From Mobula hypostoma (taxonomy: Eukaryota), in assembly GCF_963921235.1 (NCBI RefSeq), contig NC_086108.1:10912001-10976000 (forward strand): a stretch of DNA of 64,000 nt, in the 5' to 3' direction. Every line of letters begins with the position of its first letter. The stretch's first letter is position 1. Positions 12,113 through 24,103 of the stretch are shown here, piece after piece. The notes beneath the pieces are model-generated. The model saw only the letters and a program-made list of their open reading frames with translations. It searched no databases and was not told the origin of the DNA. Made by a program: the position numbers and the translations under genes.

Positions 12113-12520
12113 GACCATAAGATAAAGGAGCAGAATTTGGCCTTCTGGCCCATCCAGTCTTCTCTGCAATTCCATCATGACTCTTCTATTGTCCCTCTCA
12201 ACCCTAATCTCCTACCTTCTCCCTGTAACTTTTGACATCCTGAGTAACCAAGAATTTATCAACCTCCACTTGAAATATCCCCAATGACTGTGACTAGCCG
12301 TCTGTGATAATGAATTCCACAGATTCACCACCCTTAGGCTGAGGAAATTCTGCTTCATCACTGGTCTAAGTGTATCTCCCTCTATTCTTGGGGTGTGGCC
12401 TCTGGTCCTATATTCCCCTACTTTTGGGAACATCCTCTCCACATCAAATCTCTGTAGCCCTTTCAATATTCAATGTGTTTCATTGAGATCTTCCCTCATT
12501 CTTCTAAACTCCAGAGAGTA
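12113..12520 (-). mobile_element. CR1 LINE 3' fragment
   Basis: ORF 12212-12466 ...RTRGHTPRIEG...NFLSLRVVNLWNSL. Confidence 0.9.
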
Positions 12521-13089
12521 TTTGTTCAGTTCTGTATTTCATGTCTCAGATACTTTGAACCTGTCTTTTGTTCTTTTTCCCATTACTCTCCGAGTCATCT
12601 GGGTTGTAGTGCAGACCACCGGAGTCTAGCTCTGTTTGCACAGCGCCCAGTCAGGCAGCATGGGTGAGACAGGTGTACACAACTCCACTCTCTTCCTTGT
12701 CTGGGCAGTAACCCAGATGAGACTGACCCGGTAGTGAGGGGCACAGGTTTCCGATCCACAGGTTAGAGGTAAAGAAATTGGATTCCACAATCTAACAGCT
12801 CAATAAATTTTGAGACAAGTCTTCCTGAACACGAGGGCACTGTATAACAATTTCACCCTCAACATGCCAGATTCACTTGGCAACTGCTGTGTCTCTGGGC
12901 AGGGTAACCAGCTTTCACATTTATTAAACAGATATACTGAACACATTGAAACCTTAGACTGGAATTTACATTGGTTATTGTAAGCTGCATTAGTGTGGAA
13001 CATCCGTTTGTGATGCATGGGCTGAAACCTGCCTGTTGCTTGGCTTCCCTTCACTGGAGCTGGTGAGAGATGAAATTACAGAGTTTCCA

Positions 13090-14630
13090 CCCTGTCCTGG
13101 TCAGAGGGTCTCTCCTGGTCAATTAGTGCCCTCTCTGGCCTGAACACTGGGAGTCCTCCCTGCACTGATCAGTGGGTGCTCCCTCTGCTCTGGACAGTGG
13201 GTGCCCTCTCTTCCCATTCAATTGTGTCATCTCTGCCTTTGCCAGTCGGTGTCCTTCCTGCCTTGATCAGTGGGTGCTCACCCTGCCCAGGCATGTGGGT
13301 GCTCACCCTGCCCAAGCCTGTGGGTGCTCTCTCCATCCTGGTCAGTGGGTGCTCACCCTGCCCTGGCCTGTGGGCGCTCTCTCTGTCCTGGTCAGTGGGT
13401 ACTCTCTCTGCCCAGGCCTGTGGGTGCTCTCTCTGTCCTGGTCAGTGGGTGCTCTCTCTGCCCTCGTCAGTGGGTGCTCTCTCTGTCCTGGTCAGTGGGT
13501 GCTCTCTCTGTCCTGGACAGTGGGTGCTCTCTCTGCCCTGGTCAGTGGGTGCTCTCTCTGTCCTGGTCAGTGGGTGCTCCCTCTGTCCTGGTCAGTGGGT
13601 GCTCTCTCTGCCCACATCAGTGGGTGCTCTCTCTGTCCTGGTCAGTGGGTGCTCTCTCTGTCCTGGACAGTGGGTGCTCTCTCTGCCCTGGTCAGTGGGT
13701 GCTCCCTCTGTCCTGGTCAGTGGGTGCTCTCTCTGTGCTGGTCAGCAGGTGCCCTCGCTCTCCGATCAGTGGGTGTCCTCTCTCCCCTAGTCAATGGCAT
13801 CCTCTCTGCCCTGCTCAATGTGTATGTTCTGTCACCTGAACAGTGGGTGCCATTCCTCCCTTGATCAGTGAGAGCCCTCTCCCCCGCCGATCAGTGAGAA
13901 CCCTCTCTCCCCTGGTCAGGGAGAACCCTCTCGCCCACGGTCAGTGAGAGCCCTCTCTCCCCCGGTCAGTGAGAGCCCTCTCTCCCCCCGGTCAGTGAGA
14001 GCCCTCTCTCCCCCGGTCAGTGAGAGCCCTCTCTCCCTTAGTCAGTGAGAGCCCTCTCTCCCCTGGTCAGTGAGAGCCCTCTCTCCCCCTGGTCAGTGAG
14101 AGCCCTCTCTCCCCCTGGTCAGTGAGAGCCCTCTCTCCCCTGATCAGTGAGAGTCCTCTCTCCCATGGTCAGTGAGAGCCCTCTCTCCCCCTGGTCAGTG
14201 AGAGCCCTCTCTCCCCCTGGTCAGTGAGAGCCCTCTCTCCCCTAGTCAGTGAGAGCCCTCTCTCCCCCTGGTCAGTGAGAGCCCTCTCTCCCCTGATCAG
14301 TGAGAGTCCTCTCTCCCATGGTCAGTGAGAGCCCTCTCTGCCATGGATGGACGTTGTCCTCTCCACGCTGATCAGTGCATGCCCTGCCTCCCCTGCTCAA
14401 TGGGTGCCCTCTCTCCCTTGATCAGTGGGTGCTCATCCTGCCCTAGTTAGTGGATGCTCATCCTGCCCTGATCAGTGGGTGCTCACCCTGGCCAGTTTAG
14501 TGGGTGCCCTCTCTGTCCTCTCCAGTGGGTGCCTCCGTGCCGAGGTCAGAGGGTGTCGTCTCTGCTCTGTTCAGAAGGTGCCCTGTCTGCCCTTGTCAAT
14601 ATGTGTCCATTCTGCCCTGTTCAGTGGGTG
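13090..14630. repeat. 25-bp minisatellite with two variant blocks
   Basis: Unit GGTCAGTGGGTGCTCTCTCTGTCCT (best conserved about 13380-13740); variant GGTCAGTGAGAGCCCTCTCTCCCC(C)T at about 13860-14340; degenerate flanks. Confidence 0.95.
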
Positions 14631-15409
14631 TGTGTGAGCTCCCTGCCAAAGTTCAAAGTTCAAAGTGCATTTATTATTAAAGAATCACTGAATGAAACAA
14701 CTCTGAGATTTGTCATACTCCTACATCAACCAACAGGTTCCTTTCCATGTGTGTCCATATTCACCAACACACCCCTAAATCTGTGCACATTCCCAGATCC
14801 GTAGGCAACCCCAAAGGAGCATGCACCCACAAATCAGTGTGCACACCCAAATCTGCCAGCACGTACATTTCAGCACACATCCCCAAATCCATGTGTGGCC
14901 CCATGTGTCGGACGTGTGACGTCCCAGCAGTGGGAGGGAGTCTTGGGGAGAGTCTGGGGAGAGGTGGGGGTGTAGAAAGCTGATATCCCCATGAGCCTCT
15001 GGACAATCAGTACCGAAGGACAAATTTTCCTGTGATGAGCTCTCACCCCTGCAGCAATTCAGGCAACAAAGGAGGTACAGGCTCCTCCAAGATTGGAAAC
15101 ACTCACCAGGTCAGGCAGAGTCCATGGAGGGAGAAACAGACACACATTGCCAGCATTTTCCATTCTTTCTTCTGTTATGGTTTGTAAATCCAAATCTAAT
15201 CAAAATAAAAACACAGGACCAGGGTATACTTGACCATCTTATTTTTAATTTTGGTCAGGAGCACACTTACAACGTGATGGCATATGACTATGCTGTTCAC
15301 ATATTCCTTACTTGTAACCCATAATAAATTGTGTAAAGAATCAAAGAATGCTTAAATAAACAATGTATTTACCATATTACTCAACTATCAGTGAAATTTT
15401 AAATACACT

Positions 15410-16105
15410 TCAGTCCTTCCAGGTGAGGCGACACTTTACCTGCAAATCCACTGGGGTCGTCTATTGTGTCTGGTGCTCCTGATGCGGCCTGCTCTATGTT
15501 GGTGAGATCCATTGTAAATTGGGGCACCACTCTGCCACAAGTGGAACTTCCTGATAGACAAACATTTTAATTCTGATTCCCGTTGCGATTCCAACATGGC
15601 CTCTTGTGTCACAATGAGGCCATCATCAGGGTGGAGGAACCACACCTTATATTCCATCTGGGTAACCTTCAACCCAATGGCATGAATTTTGATTTCGCCT
15701 TCTGGTTAAAAAAAATTCCCTCCCCCTCCTTTCTTCTATTCCCCACTCTGGCCTCTTACCTCTTCTCACCTGCCTATTACCACCCCCCCCATCCCCCCCA
15801 CCGGGTCCCCTCCTCCTTCCCTTTCTCCTATTGTCCACTCTCCTCTCCTGTCAGATTTCTTCCTCTCCAGCCCTTCACCTTTCCCACTTGCCTGGCTTCA
15901 CCTATCACCTTCCAGCTAGCCTCCTTCCCCTCCACCCTACCTTTTTATTTTGGTATCTTCCCCCTTCCTTCTCAGTCCTGAAGAAGGGTCTCGGCCTGAA
16001 ATATTGACTGCTCCATAAATTCTCCCTGAACTGCTGAGTTCCTCTGGCATTTTATGTGTATGCATTGCTCTGGATTGCCAGCATCTGCAAATGTTCACAT
16101 CTTTT
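15410..16105 (+). mobile_element. PLE 3' fragment (GIY-YIG remnant plus terminal repeat)
   Basis: SFQVRRHFTCKSTGVVYCVWCS*CGLLYVGE from about 15414; pyrimidine-rich tract; hammerhead motif near the end. Confidence 0.85.
15973..16010 (+). ncRNA. Minimal type-I hammerhead ribozyme motif
   Basis: CAGTC-CTGAAGA-agggtctcggcct-GAAA-TATT-GACTG: stem I CAGTC/GACTG, intact CUGAnGA and GAAA core, short stem II, palindromic ATAT in place of stem III, UH cleavage site. Confidence 0.75.
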
Positions 16106-16402
16106 AATATCTTTACGATATTACTCACTTACTACCAAAACATTAAATACACAACAGCTTCCATATCAATGTCTATGTGATGTGATGAAATAATTATGTA
16201 GTCAGGCTGACCAGAGGAGAGGTCATACTGAATATGGAAGTGGGCAATGAACCAGGTCAGATGCCTGATATCTTGGTGGAAGAGCATTTCAGAGATAGTG
16301 GCCATAACTCCCTGACCTCTACCAGAATCATGGACAAGGATAAGGGCAGAAGGTGTGGGAATGTACAAACGGTTTGTATTTAATCGATTAATTTTTTAGA
16401 TT

Positions 16403-16705
16403 AAAGTCTGTCACGAGCCTTTGTGGTCCATCAGGCTGGTGCTCATGCCAGTTTCCGTGGGGCGTGAAGCGACTGAGAGTACGAGAGTACGAGACTCTCC
16501 CCGCCCCCCCGCTGGATAGGACGCCAGTCTATCGTGAGGTTAACCCCCAGCATTTTTGCCGGTCCCCATTCTCATCTAGGTAGACTGGAGCATTGTGTGG
16601 TTAAGTGCCTTGCTCAAAGACACACACGCTGCCCTGACCGAGGCTTGATCCCACGACCTTCAGATTGCTAGTCCAATGCCCCAACCACTCGGCCACGCGC
16701 CACAC
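16403..16705 (-). mobile_element. tRNA-derived SINE with CORE-like central box
   Basis: Minus strand: TGGCCGAGTGG A-box, GGGATCAAGCC B-box-like, GTGTCTTTGAGCAAGGCACTTAAC; head shared with 41563-41867. Confidence 0.8.
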
Positions 16706-16809
16706 TAATATATTTAATTGAGGGGGAGCTAATTATTATGATATTAGGTAGGAACTAGGGAGTGTAAATTGGGAACAGATGTTCATATTGAAATAAGAAT
16801 GGAAATTCA

Positions 16810-17760
16810 TTGATACTGGCATCACAGGTCAGTAGGGTCGTAAAGAAAGCTTTTGGCACATTGGCCTTCATAAATCAAAGTACTGAGTACATGTTACGTT
16901 GGCCTAATTTGGGGTATTGTGTGCAGTTCTGGTCACCTACCTACAGGAAAGATTACTAAGGTTGAAAGAGTACAGAGAAAATTCACAAGGATGTTGCTGG
17001 GTCTGGAGGACCTGAGCTGTAAGGAAAGGTTAAATAAGTAAGGACTTTATTCCTTGGAAAGTAGAAGATTGAGAGGAGATTTGATAGAGGTATAGAAAAT
17101 TATGAGGGATATAGACAGGGCAAATGCAGATGGTTTTTTTCCACTGAGGTTGGGTGGGAGGTCATGGGTTAAGGGTGAAAGGTGAAATGTTTAAGGGGAA
17201 GGTGAGGGAAAATGTCTTCAATCAGAGGGTGGTGAAAGTGTGGGACAAGCTGCCAGTACAAAAGGTGATTTCAACATTTAAGAGAAGTTTGGATAAGTAC
17301 ATGGATGGTAGGGGTATGGAAGGCTATGGTCCCGATGTAGATCAATGGGAGTGGGCTGTTTAAATGGGTTGGCACAGACTAGATGGGCCAAATGTCCTGT
17401 TTCTGTGCTGTACTTTTCTATGACTCTCAGACTCTAAGTGTGGAGTACAATGGTAGACTGAAGGAACTATGATTGACAAGAGATGTGGAACATATATTCA
17501 AGAGGAAGGAGGAAGCACGCTTAAAGTCTATGAAGCAAAAATCAGGCAGATCCCAAAGAGTTATAGGACAGAATGGAATGAGGAGAGCTAGAGCAAGGGC
17601 AGGAGAAGGCCTTGGTAAGTAAGGTTCAGGAAAACCCCAGCGTGTTCTGCATGCATGTGAAGAACAGGAAGATGGCCAGAGTGAGGGTAAACCGCTGAAG
17701 GATAAAAGAGGCAGAGCAGGTAGGTGAGGCTCTTGAGGAACAATTTGCTTCAGTATTTAC
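16810..17760 (+). mobile_element. CR1 fragments (3' end about 16810-17425; internal ORF2 piece about 17490-17760)
   Basis: GHGLRVKGEMFKGKVRENVFNQRVVKVWDKLP; ENP..F...VK and FASVFT-like motifs. Confidence 0.8.
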
Positions 17761-17761
17761 T

Positions 17762-18250
17762 CCGATTGAGCACGTCTACATGAAACGGAGTCACATGAAA
17801 GCAACATCCGTCATCAGGGACCCCCACCACCATCTAGGACATGCTCTCCTCTCGCTGCTGTCATTAGGTAGAAGGTACAGGAGCCTCAGGACTCACACCT
17901 GCAGGTTCGAGAACAGTTATTACCCCTCAACCATCAGGCTCTTGAAGTAAAGGGAATAACCTCACTCAACTTCACTTTCTCCATTATTGAAATGTTCCCA
18001 CAACCAATGGACTCATATTCAAGGACTCTTCATCTTATGTTCTCAATATTTATTGTTTATTTATTTATTATTATGATTTATTTCTTTTTTCATTTGCACA
18101 ATTTGTTGTCTTCTGCACTCTGATTGAGTGCCTAAGAAGGGTGGTTTTTCACTGATTCTGTTATGGTTATCATTTTCGGGATTTATTGAGTATGCCCACA
18201 AGAAAATGAATCTCAGGGTTGTATAAGGTGACATATATGGACTTTGATGG
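17762..18250 (+). mobile_element. Rex1/Babar-like LINE 3' end
   Basis: DPHH...GHALLSLL..GRRYRSLRTHTCRFENSYYPSTIRLL plus a T-rich UTR ending aagaaaatgaatctcagggttgtata...gactttgat. Confidence 0.75.
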
Positions 18251-18294
18251 AGACCGTGACAACTGTGAGGGCAGTGTAGAACAGGAAACTGTTG

Positions 18295-18836
18295 ACCATA
18301 GCACCATACGATAGTGGAGCAGAATTAGGCCATTCAGCCCAATAAGACTGCTACTCCATTATGGCCGATTTATTATCCCTCTCAACCTCATTCTGCTGCT
18401 TTCTCGCTGTGACCTTTGACACCCTGACTAATCAAAAACCTATCAACCTCTGCCTTAAATGTATCCAGTAACTAGACCTCAACAGCAGCCTGCAGCAATG
18501 AACTTCGCCACTCTCAGGCTAAAGGAATTCCTCGTCATCTTCATTCTAAATGGTCGTTCCTCTATTCTAAGGCGGTGTGCCTTGGTCCTAGACTCTCCCA
18601 CTCTTGGATACATTCTCTCCGCATCCCCTCTATCAATACTTTGTAGGTTTCAATGGGATCCCCCTCATTCTTCTAAACTCCAGCAAGTACAGGCCCAGGG
18701 CCATCAAATGCCCCTCATACGTTAACCCTTTCATTCTTGTGAACTTTCTCTGGACCTTCTCCAATGCCAGCACACCTTTTTTTAGGTAAGGGGTCTGAAT
18801 ATGATCACAATACTTTGAGTGCACTCTGACCAAGTG
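18295..18836 (-). mobile_element. CR1 LINE 3' fragment
   Basis: ORF 18633-18851 PYLKKGVLALEKVQRKFTRM..LTYE..LMALGLYLLEFRRMRG. Confidence 0.85.
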
Positions 18837-19125
18837 TGGATTTTCACGCACAACAGTCTCTACAGTTTACAGAGAATAGTATGAAAAATTTTTTAAAAAT
18901 CCAGTGAGCCGCAGCTCTGTGGGTGAAAACACCTTGTTAATGAGAGAGATCAGAGGAGAATGGCCAGACTGGTTCAAGCTGACAGGAAGGCGACAGTAGC
19001 TCAAATAACCACACGTTACCACAGTGATGGGCCGGAGAGCATCTCTGAACATGCAACACGTCAAGCCTTGAAGTGGACGGGCTACTGCAGCAGAAGATTC
19101 CACAAATGTACACTCAGTGACCACC
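18837..19125 (+). mobile_element. Tc1/mariner transposase N-terminal (DNA-binding) fragment
   Basis: GFSRTTVSTVYRE... QRRMARLVQADRKATVAQITTRY...SISEHATRQALKWTGYCSRR, typical of the Tc1 HTH region. Confidence 0.75.
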
Positions 19126-19854
19126 AGATAAAGAGTTCATAGAGTGTACTTTGACTAGTTTAGCACAGCATAGTGGTCTGAAGGAGCAGTCCTTTTGCTG
19201 TTCTCTGTGAACAGTTCAGACTGTAATTCATGAATGTGAACAATTGGTTCTGCTCCTTGTTCCACGATGGTTCAGACAGAACTGGCGGGCAGGAGGTCTG
19301 AGTGAATGAACAAGTCCTTGGCATCGCCTGCCTTTAACCAAGGGTTTATCTGAGTGTCTCTGGTGAGATTCAGAATGCAACCCCCACTCCCAGCAGGATG
19401 GGTATGTCATACTCCCTGCCAAGCCTGGATCATTTGACAGACTCTCTGGCGTGATGGGAATGTCGTCTTTGTCAGACCTGGAGATCGGCCGTGCTATGTA
19501 GCAGCACCCAGGCTCAGTGCTCGAAGCAAAACAGCACAGAGACTTCGAGCAGAAGACCACCCTGCTCATAGAGTCCATGACAGTTGGGAGTCCTCCCTCC
19601 CTCTCTCTGTCTATTACCTACATATTACGTCCTGGTATGTTTTAAGGTGGCGAGGATTTCAACCTCTCAGTGAGATCCATGCCCATACCACTGGTCCAGT
19701 AAAATCTTTCTGTTTCTCAGATTCCCTGAGCCAATTTGTGTGAGGGTATCGCCCCTGGTTCAGGGAAACATGCCCTGTCCTCTCTGGTCCTTTCTGATTC
19801 AAGCACTATGGGAACAAATCGCTGTATAGGACTGAGGCGCATCAACTGGTTGAG

Positions 19855-20950
19855 CTCAAAGTATGAAGTTCAAAGTACATTTATCATGAAAGTATGCATG
19901 CATTACACAACCTTGAGATTCGTCTCCTTACAGGCAGCCATGGAACAAGAAACCCAAAAGAACGCATTAAAAAAAGGAAGACCCTCAAAAACCCAGTGCA
20001 CAAAGAGGGGAAAAAAGCACTGTTGTTGCACGTGCAAGCAATAAAAGCAAGCAACAGCGTTCAGAATGAAAGTGGGTCCATGGACGTAAAGCCTGGAGCA
20101 GCCGGAGTAGGCCACAGCCTGGGCCTCAGTGGAGCAAAACCGAGCTCACAGGTGCAAAGTCCACAGCAGCCGGAGCAGGCCGCAGCCTGGGCCTCAGCAT
20201 CAGTGCAGCGAACAGTGGAGCAGTGAGCAGAACCAGCCTGATCTTTGCCTCTGGTCCTGATGTTTAAATCGGCCAAGCAAATGGTCGTGCCTCGCTCAAA
20301 GTCCTGGGCCCTGTTGCAGAGCGAAGAACGACCTGATGGTTGGACACTTTAAACGTCGGGAATCGTGTCGCAACAGCAACTTTGCACTCAACGTCAGTAA
20401 GACCAAGGAATTGACTGGGGACTTCAGGAAGGGGAAGTTGAGGGAACTCACCAAGGGGTTAGCAAAGGAAAGGGTGAGCAGCTTCAAGTTCCTGGATGCC
20501 AACAGCTCCGGGCTCAGTCCTGGTCCCAACATATTGATGAAATTATGAAAAGGGCGTGTCAGTAACTAAAGTTCATTAGGAGTTCGAGGAAACTTTGTAC
20601 GTCACCAAAGACGCTAGCAAATTCCCACAGATGAAGAGCATTCTGACTGGCTGGTATGCAGAGGCCAATGCATGGCATCAAGAGAGGCTGCAGAGGCTCG
20701 TAGACTCCATCAAGGGCACAACCTCCCCACTGTCAAGGACATCCTGAAAAAAGCAGTGCCTCAGGAGGCGGCCATCACTACGGACCCTCATCATCCAGAA
20801 CATGCCTTGCTCGCATTGCCACCATCGGGGAGGAGGTGCAGGAGCCTGGAGACACACACTCAATATTTCAGCAACAGCTTCTGCCCCTCCATCATCAGTT
20901 TTCTGAACAGACCGTAAACGCATGAAGGCAACCTCGCTATTTTTCTGAGT
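19855..20950. mobile_element. Rex1-tailed non-autonomous element (minus, about 19855-20330) and Rex1-like LINE 3' fragment (plus, about 20340-20950)
   Basis: Tail aagttcaaagtacatttatc...; LNVSKTKELTGDFRK and DPHHPEHALLALPPSGRRCRSL motifs. Confidence 0.7.
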
Positions 20951-20952
20951 CT

Positions 20953-21053
20953 TTTTTGTTGGTCCACAAATCAAACAGGTCATCAATGACAGGCAATTCA
21001 ATGAACTTCTAGTGGGACCGGAAAAAATTACATGGAAGGCATTCAAGGATGTT
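20953..21053 (+). mobile_element. Chapaev3-like transposase fragment (second small copy)
   Basis: Near identical to 21715-21812 (FVGPQIKQVINDRQFNEL.VGPEKITWKA). Confidence 0.7.
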
Positions 21054-21055
21054 AC

Positions 21056-21560
21056 CAGACAGTGATGCAGCCTGACAGAGTGCTCTCCTTGGTACGTCTA
21101 TAGAAGTATTAGAGTGTATTTGTTGACATACCAAAGCTCTTCAAACTGCTAATGAAGTATAGTTGCTGTCTTGCCTTCTTTATAGCTACATCGATATGTT
21201 GGGACCAGGTTAGATCCTCAAAGATCTTGACACCCAGGAACTTGAAGCTTGCTCGCTCTCTCCACTTCTGATTCCTCTATGAGGATTGGTATGTGTTCCT
21301 TTGTCATAGCCTTCTGGAAGTCCACAATCAGCTCTTTCATCTTACTGATGTTGAGTGCCAGGTTGTTGCTGTGACACCACTCCACTAGTTGGCATATCTC
21401 ACTCCTGTACATCCTCTCATCACCACCTGAGATTCTACCAACAATGGTTGTATCATCAGCAAATTTATAGATGGTATTTGAGCTCTGCCTAGTCACACAG
21501 TCATGGGCATATAGAAGCAGAGCAGTGGGCTAAGCGCACACACCTGAGGTGCATCAGTGT
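21056..21560 (-). mobile_element. Rex1/Babar-like LINE RT fragment
   Basis: ORF 21218-21496 IYKFADDTTIVGRI...EWCHSNNLALNISKMKELIVDF. Confidence 0.85.
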
Positions 21561-22322
21561 ACTTTATAGATTTGTGGATGTACCTTATAGAGTTTGGGCT
21601 GCTGATCATGAAAATCACCATGAAATTTCCCTATCACGCACATTTTTTTGAAATTGCTTATATTTCAATACATAATTCAAGTCAGGATAACAGATGCAAG
21701 ATTAAGGAAGGCATTTTTGTTGGTCCACAAATCAAACAGGTCATCAATGATAGGCAATTCAATGAACTTCCAGTGGGACCGGAGAAAATCACATGGAAGG
21801 CACTTAAAGATATTATTGAAAATTTTCTTGGCAATTACAAAGCACCAAACTACATGCAACTGGTTGACAACATGCTTCATGCATGCTAAGCCATAAAGTG
21901 AAACATGTCACTAAAGGTTGATTGTCTGCATTCCCATTTCGACTTCTTCCCTGCAAATCTTGGCACTGTCAGTGACGAGCACAGTGAAAGGTTTCACCAG
22001 AACATTGAGGTCATGGAGAAACACTATCAGGGCAACTGGAATCCATCAATGCTGGCTGATTATTTTGGACACTTAAGTGAGAAGCCTCAAACAATGAGTA
22101 CAAATGAAAATTGTCAACTAGACATTTTTAGTTTAGTTGAACTATTGCAAAGTGTCAGTACTGTTATGTATCATATTCAATAAAAGTTAATTTTTTGTTT
22201 CTCCAGATTTCTATGTGATACAAGTAGTCTGAAATTATATTTGTGTTCAGCTACAAGTGGTCTATCACAAACAAAAAAAATTCTGAGGAAGCAACACTTA
22301 TGAAAAAATTTTGTTGTCCAGT
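21561..22322 (+). mobile_element. Chapaev3-like (CMC superfamily) DNA transposon deletion derivative, transposase C-terminal remnant
   Basis: KIKEGIFVGPQIK...FLGNYKAPNY...MSLKVDCLHSHFDFFPANLGTVSDEHSERFHQNIEVMEKHYQGNWNPSMLADY; ends TTGTTGTCCAGT, similar to a CACTG-type terminus. Confidence 0.75.
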
Positions 22323-23084
22323 TCAACGCAACATTGTCAGCAGCAGGGCCTGTTCCTGTGCTCTGCGGATCTCTGTTTGAACGTGGCCCTTCTCCTAACT
22401 TCACTTTAAAGTCAAAACTTATAACTACAAGCATCTCTAGTTCTGTGTCTCACACATTTCCTACTGGTGTGGCTTCCCTCTTGTACATGCTAATTGATTT
22501 TAGTCTTTACAGATGCGTTTTTTCTATGAGAACTCGGGGAAGAGAATGAAATAACTCTGCTAATGATTCTTGCTCCTGCTTTCTCTCTGTGTAATTATTT
22601 TTACCAGACAGCTTAGTTTTATTTTAAGTGAAAATTATAATATTTTTTCTAAAGCCCCAGGATCTCACAACTCTCCAGAGCAATGCTAAAAAAAATCTAT
22701 ATCCAAAACTCATGGTGTAATGTATACCACAAACTATTGGACTTAGATAAAGGATGATCTTTAATGCAAGTCTGATGTTTCAGCGTAACCTTCAATTTGC
22801 CCTAAATATCTTGCCTGTTTAAAGGGGGAAAGTTTTAATGCATTGAAACATTTAAATGTTGAGAGAAGGAGAGGTAAGGAAGAGTGATCGCTTTCTTTTA
22901 GGGCCTTCTGACACTCAAGGCCAACCTGTTCAAAATCCAGTAATGTGGCCTTTATAAATCAAAGTACTGAGTACAAGGGAATTGATGTTATGTTGAAGTT
23001 GTATAACATGAGGGGAAACTTCTTCACTCAGAGGGTTGTGAAACTGTGGAATGAGCTGCCAAGCTTGATTTCAACGCTTTAGAG

Positions 23085-24103
23085 CAGTGGTCCCCAACCA
23101 CCGGGCCGCAAAGCATGCGCTACCGGACCGCGAGGAAACGATATGATTTGGCGATATGAGTCAGCTGCACCTTTCCTCATTCCCTGTCACGGCCACTGTT
23201 GAGCCATTACGCACGTGAGGTCATTACCCGAGTGTCATCCATGTCAGCGCGGGAAGGAGATCAACTCCTCGAGCTTGCAAATGACGGCGGGCTGAAAAGT
23301 ATGTTTGACAGAACATCTCTGCCGGCATTCTGGATCAAAGTCAAGGCTAAATACCCTGAGATAGCCATGAAAGCACTGAAAACGTTGCTTCCATTTCCAA
23401 CATTTTTCTGCGATGTGGAGTTTTCTGCAATGAATGCAACGAAAACTAAATTGTAGAATAGACTGGACATAAAGAACCCCCTTCAAGTATTGCTGTCTCC
23501 CATCACCCCTCGATAGGACCGTCTTGTTGCAGGAAAACAAGTCCAGGGCTCCCACTGATTCAGCGATATTGGTGTGTAGCAATGATTTTATATATTCAGA
23601 CGAGGAGATTATGCGCTGTGTGTTTAATATCCAAGCGTTATTTAAAATGTTATGATGCTATTGACTTACTTATATAACCATATAACAATTACAGCACAGA
23701 AACAGGCGATCTCGGCCCTTGTCGTCCGTGCCAAACGCTACTCTCACCTAGTCCCACCGACCTGCACCCAGCCCACAACCCTCCATTCCTTTCCTGTCCA
23801 TATACCCATCGAATTTTTCTTTAAATGATAATATCGAACCAGCCTCTACCACTTCTACTGGAAGTTCGTTCAACACTTACTTCAAGCTCCCCTGTCCTCC
23901 CCTGATAAATGACTTATCACTATATTCATGCGAGGAAAATATGCGCTGTGCGTTTAATATTAAAGTCATTAGATAAACCCTTTTAGAAACAAAATTGAGT
24001 GTATTAGGCACTTATCACCTATATTCCGGTCGTGATTAACACCACCCCCCCAAACAGAATCGCCAAAAACGATTTGTAGGGAAAAAAATCAGCAGGTACA
24101 TGC
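23085..24103 (+). mobile_element. hAT Charlie/Buster-like composite element with transposase C-terminal dimerisation remnant (about 23250-23558) and a captured CR1 3' piece (about 23680-23870, minus)
   Basis: TIR CAGTGGTCCCCAACC; SLPAFWIKVKAKYPEIAMKALKTLLPFPT..C...FSAMNATKTKL*NRLD...KQVQGSH*; right end missing. Confidence 0.85.

Noticed and set aside
13172..13864. Three overlapping 189-230 aa ORFs
   Set aside because: Translation of a 25-bp minisatellite in all three frames (25-aa periodicity); no domain.
13090..14630. CRISPR-like repeat array
   Set aside because: Units are directly adjacent with no unique spacers, there are no cas genes, and the context is eukaryotic.
19228..19578. 116-aa ORF in unique sequence
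   Set aside because: No recognisable domain or splice context; length compatible with chance.
23199..23558. Domesticated ZBED/FAM200-type host gene
   Set aside because: Only a C-terminal fragment with in-frame stops, lying inside a TIR element.
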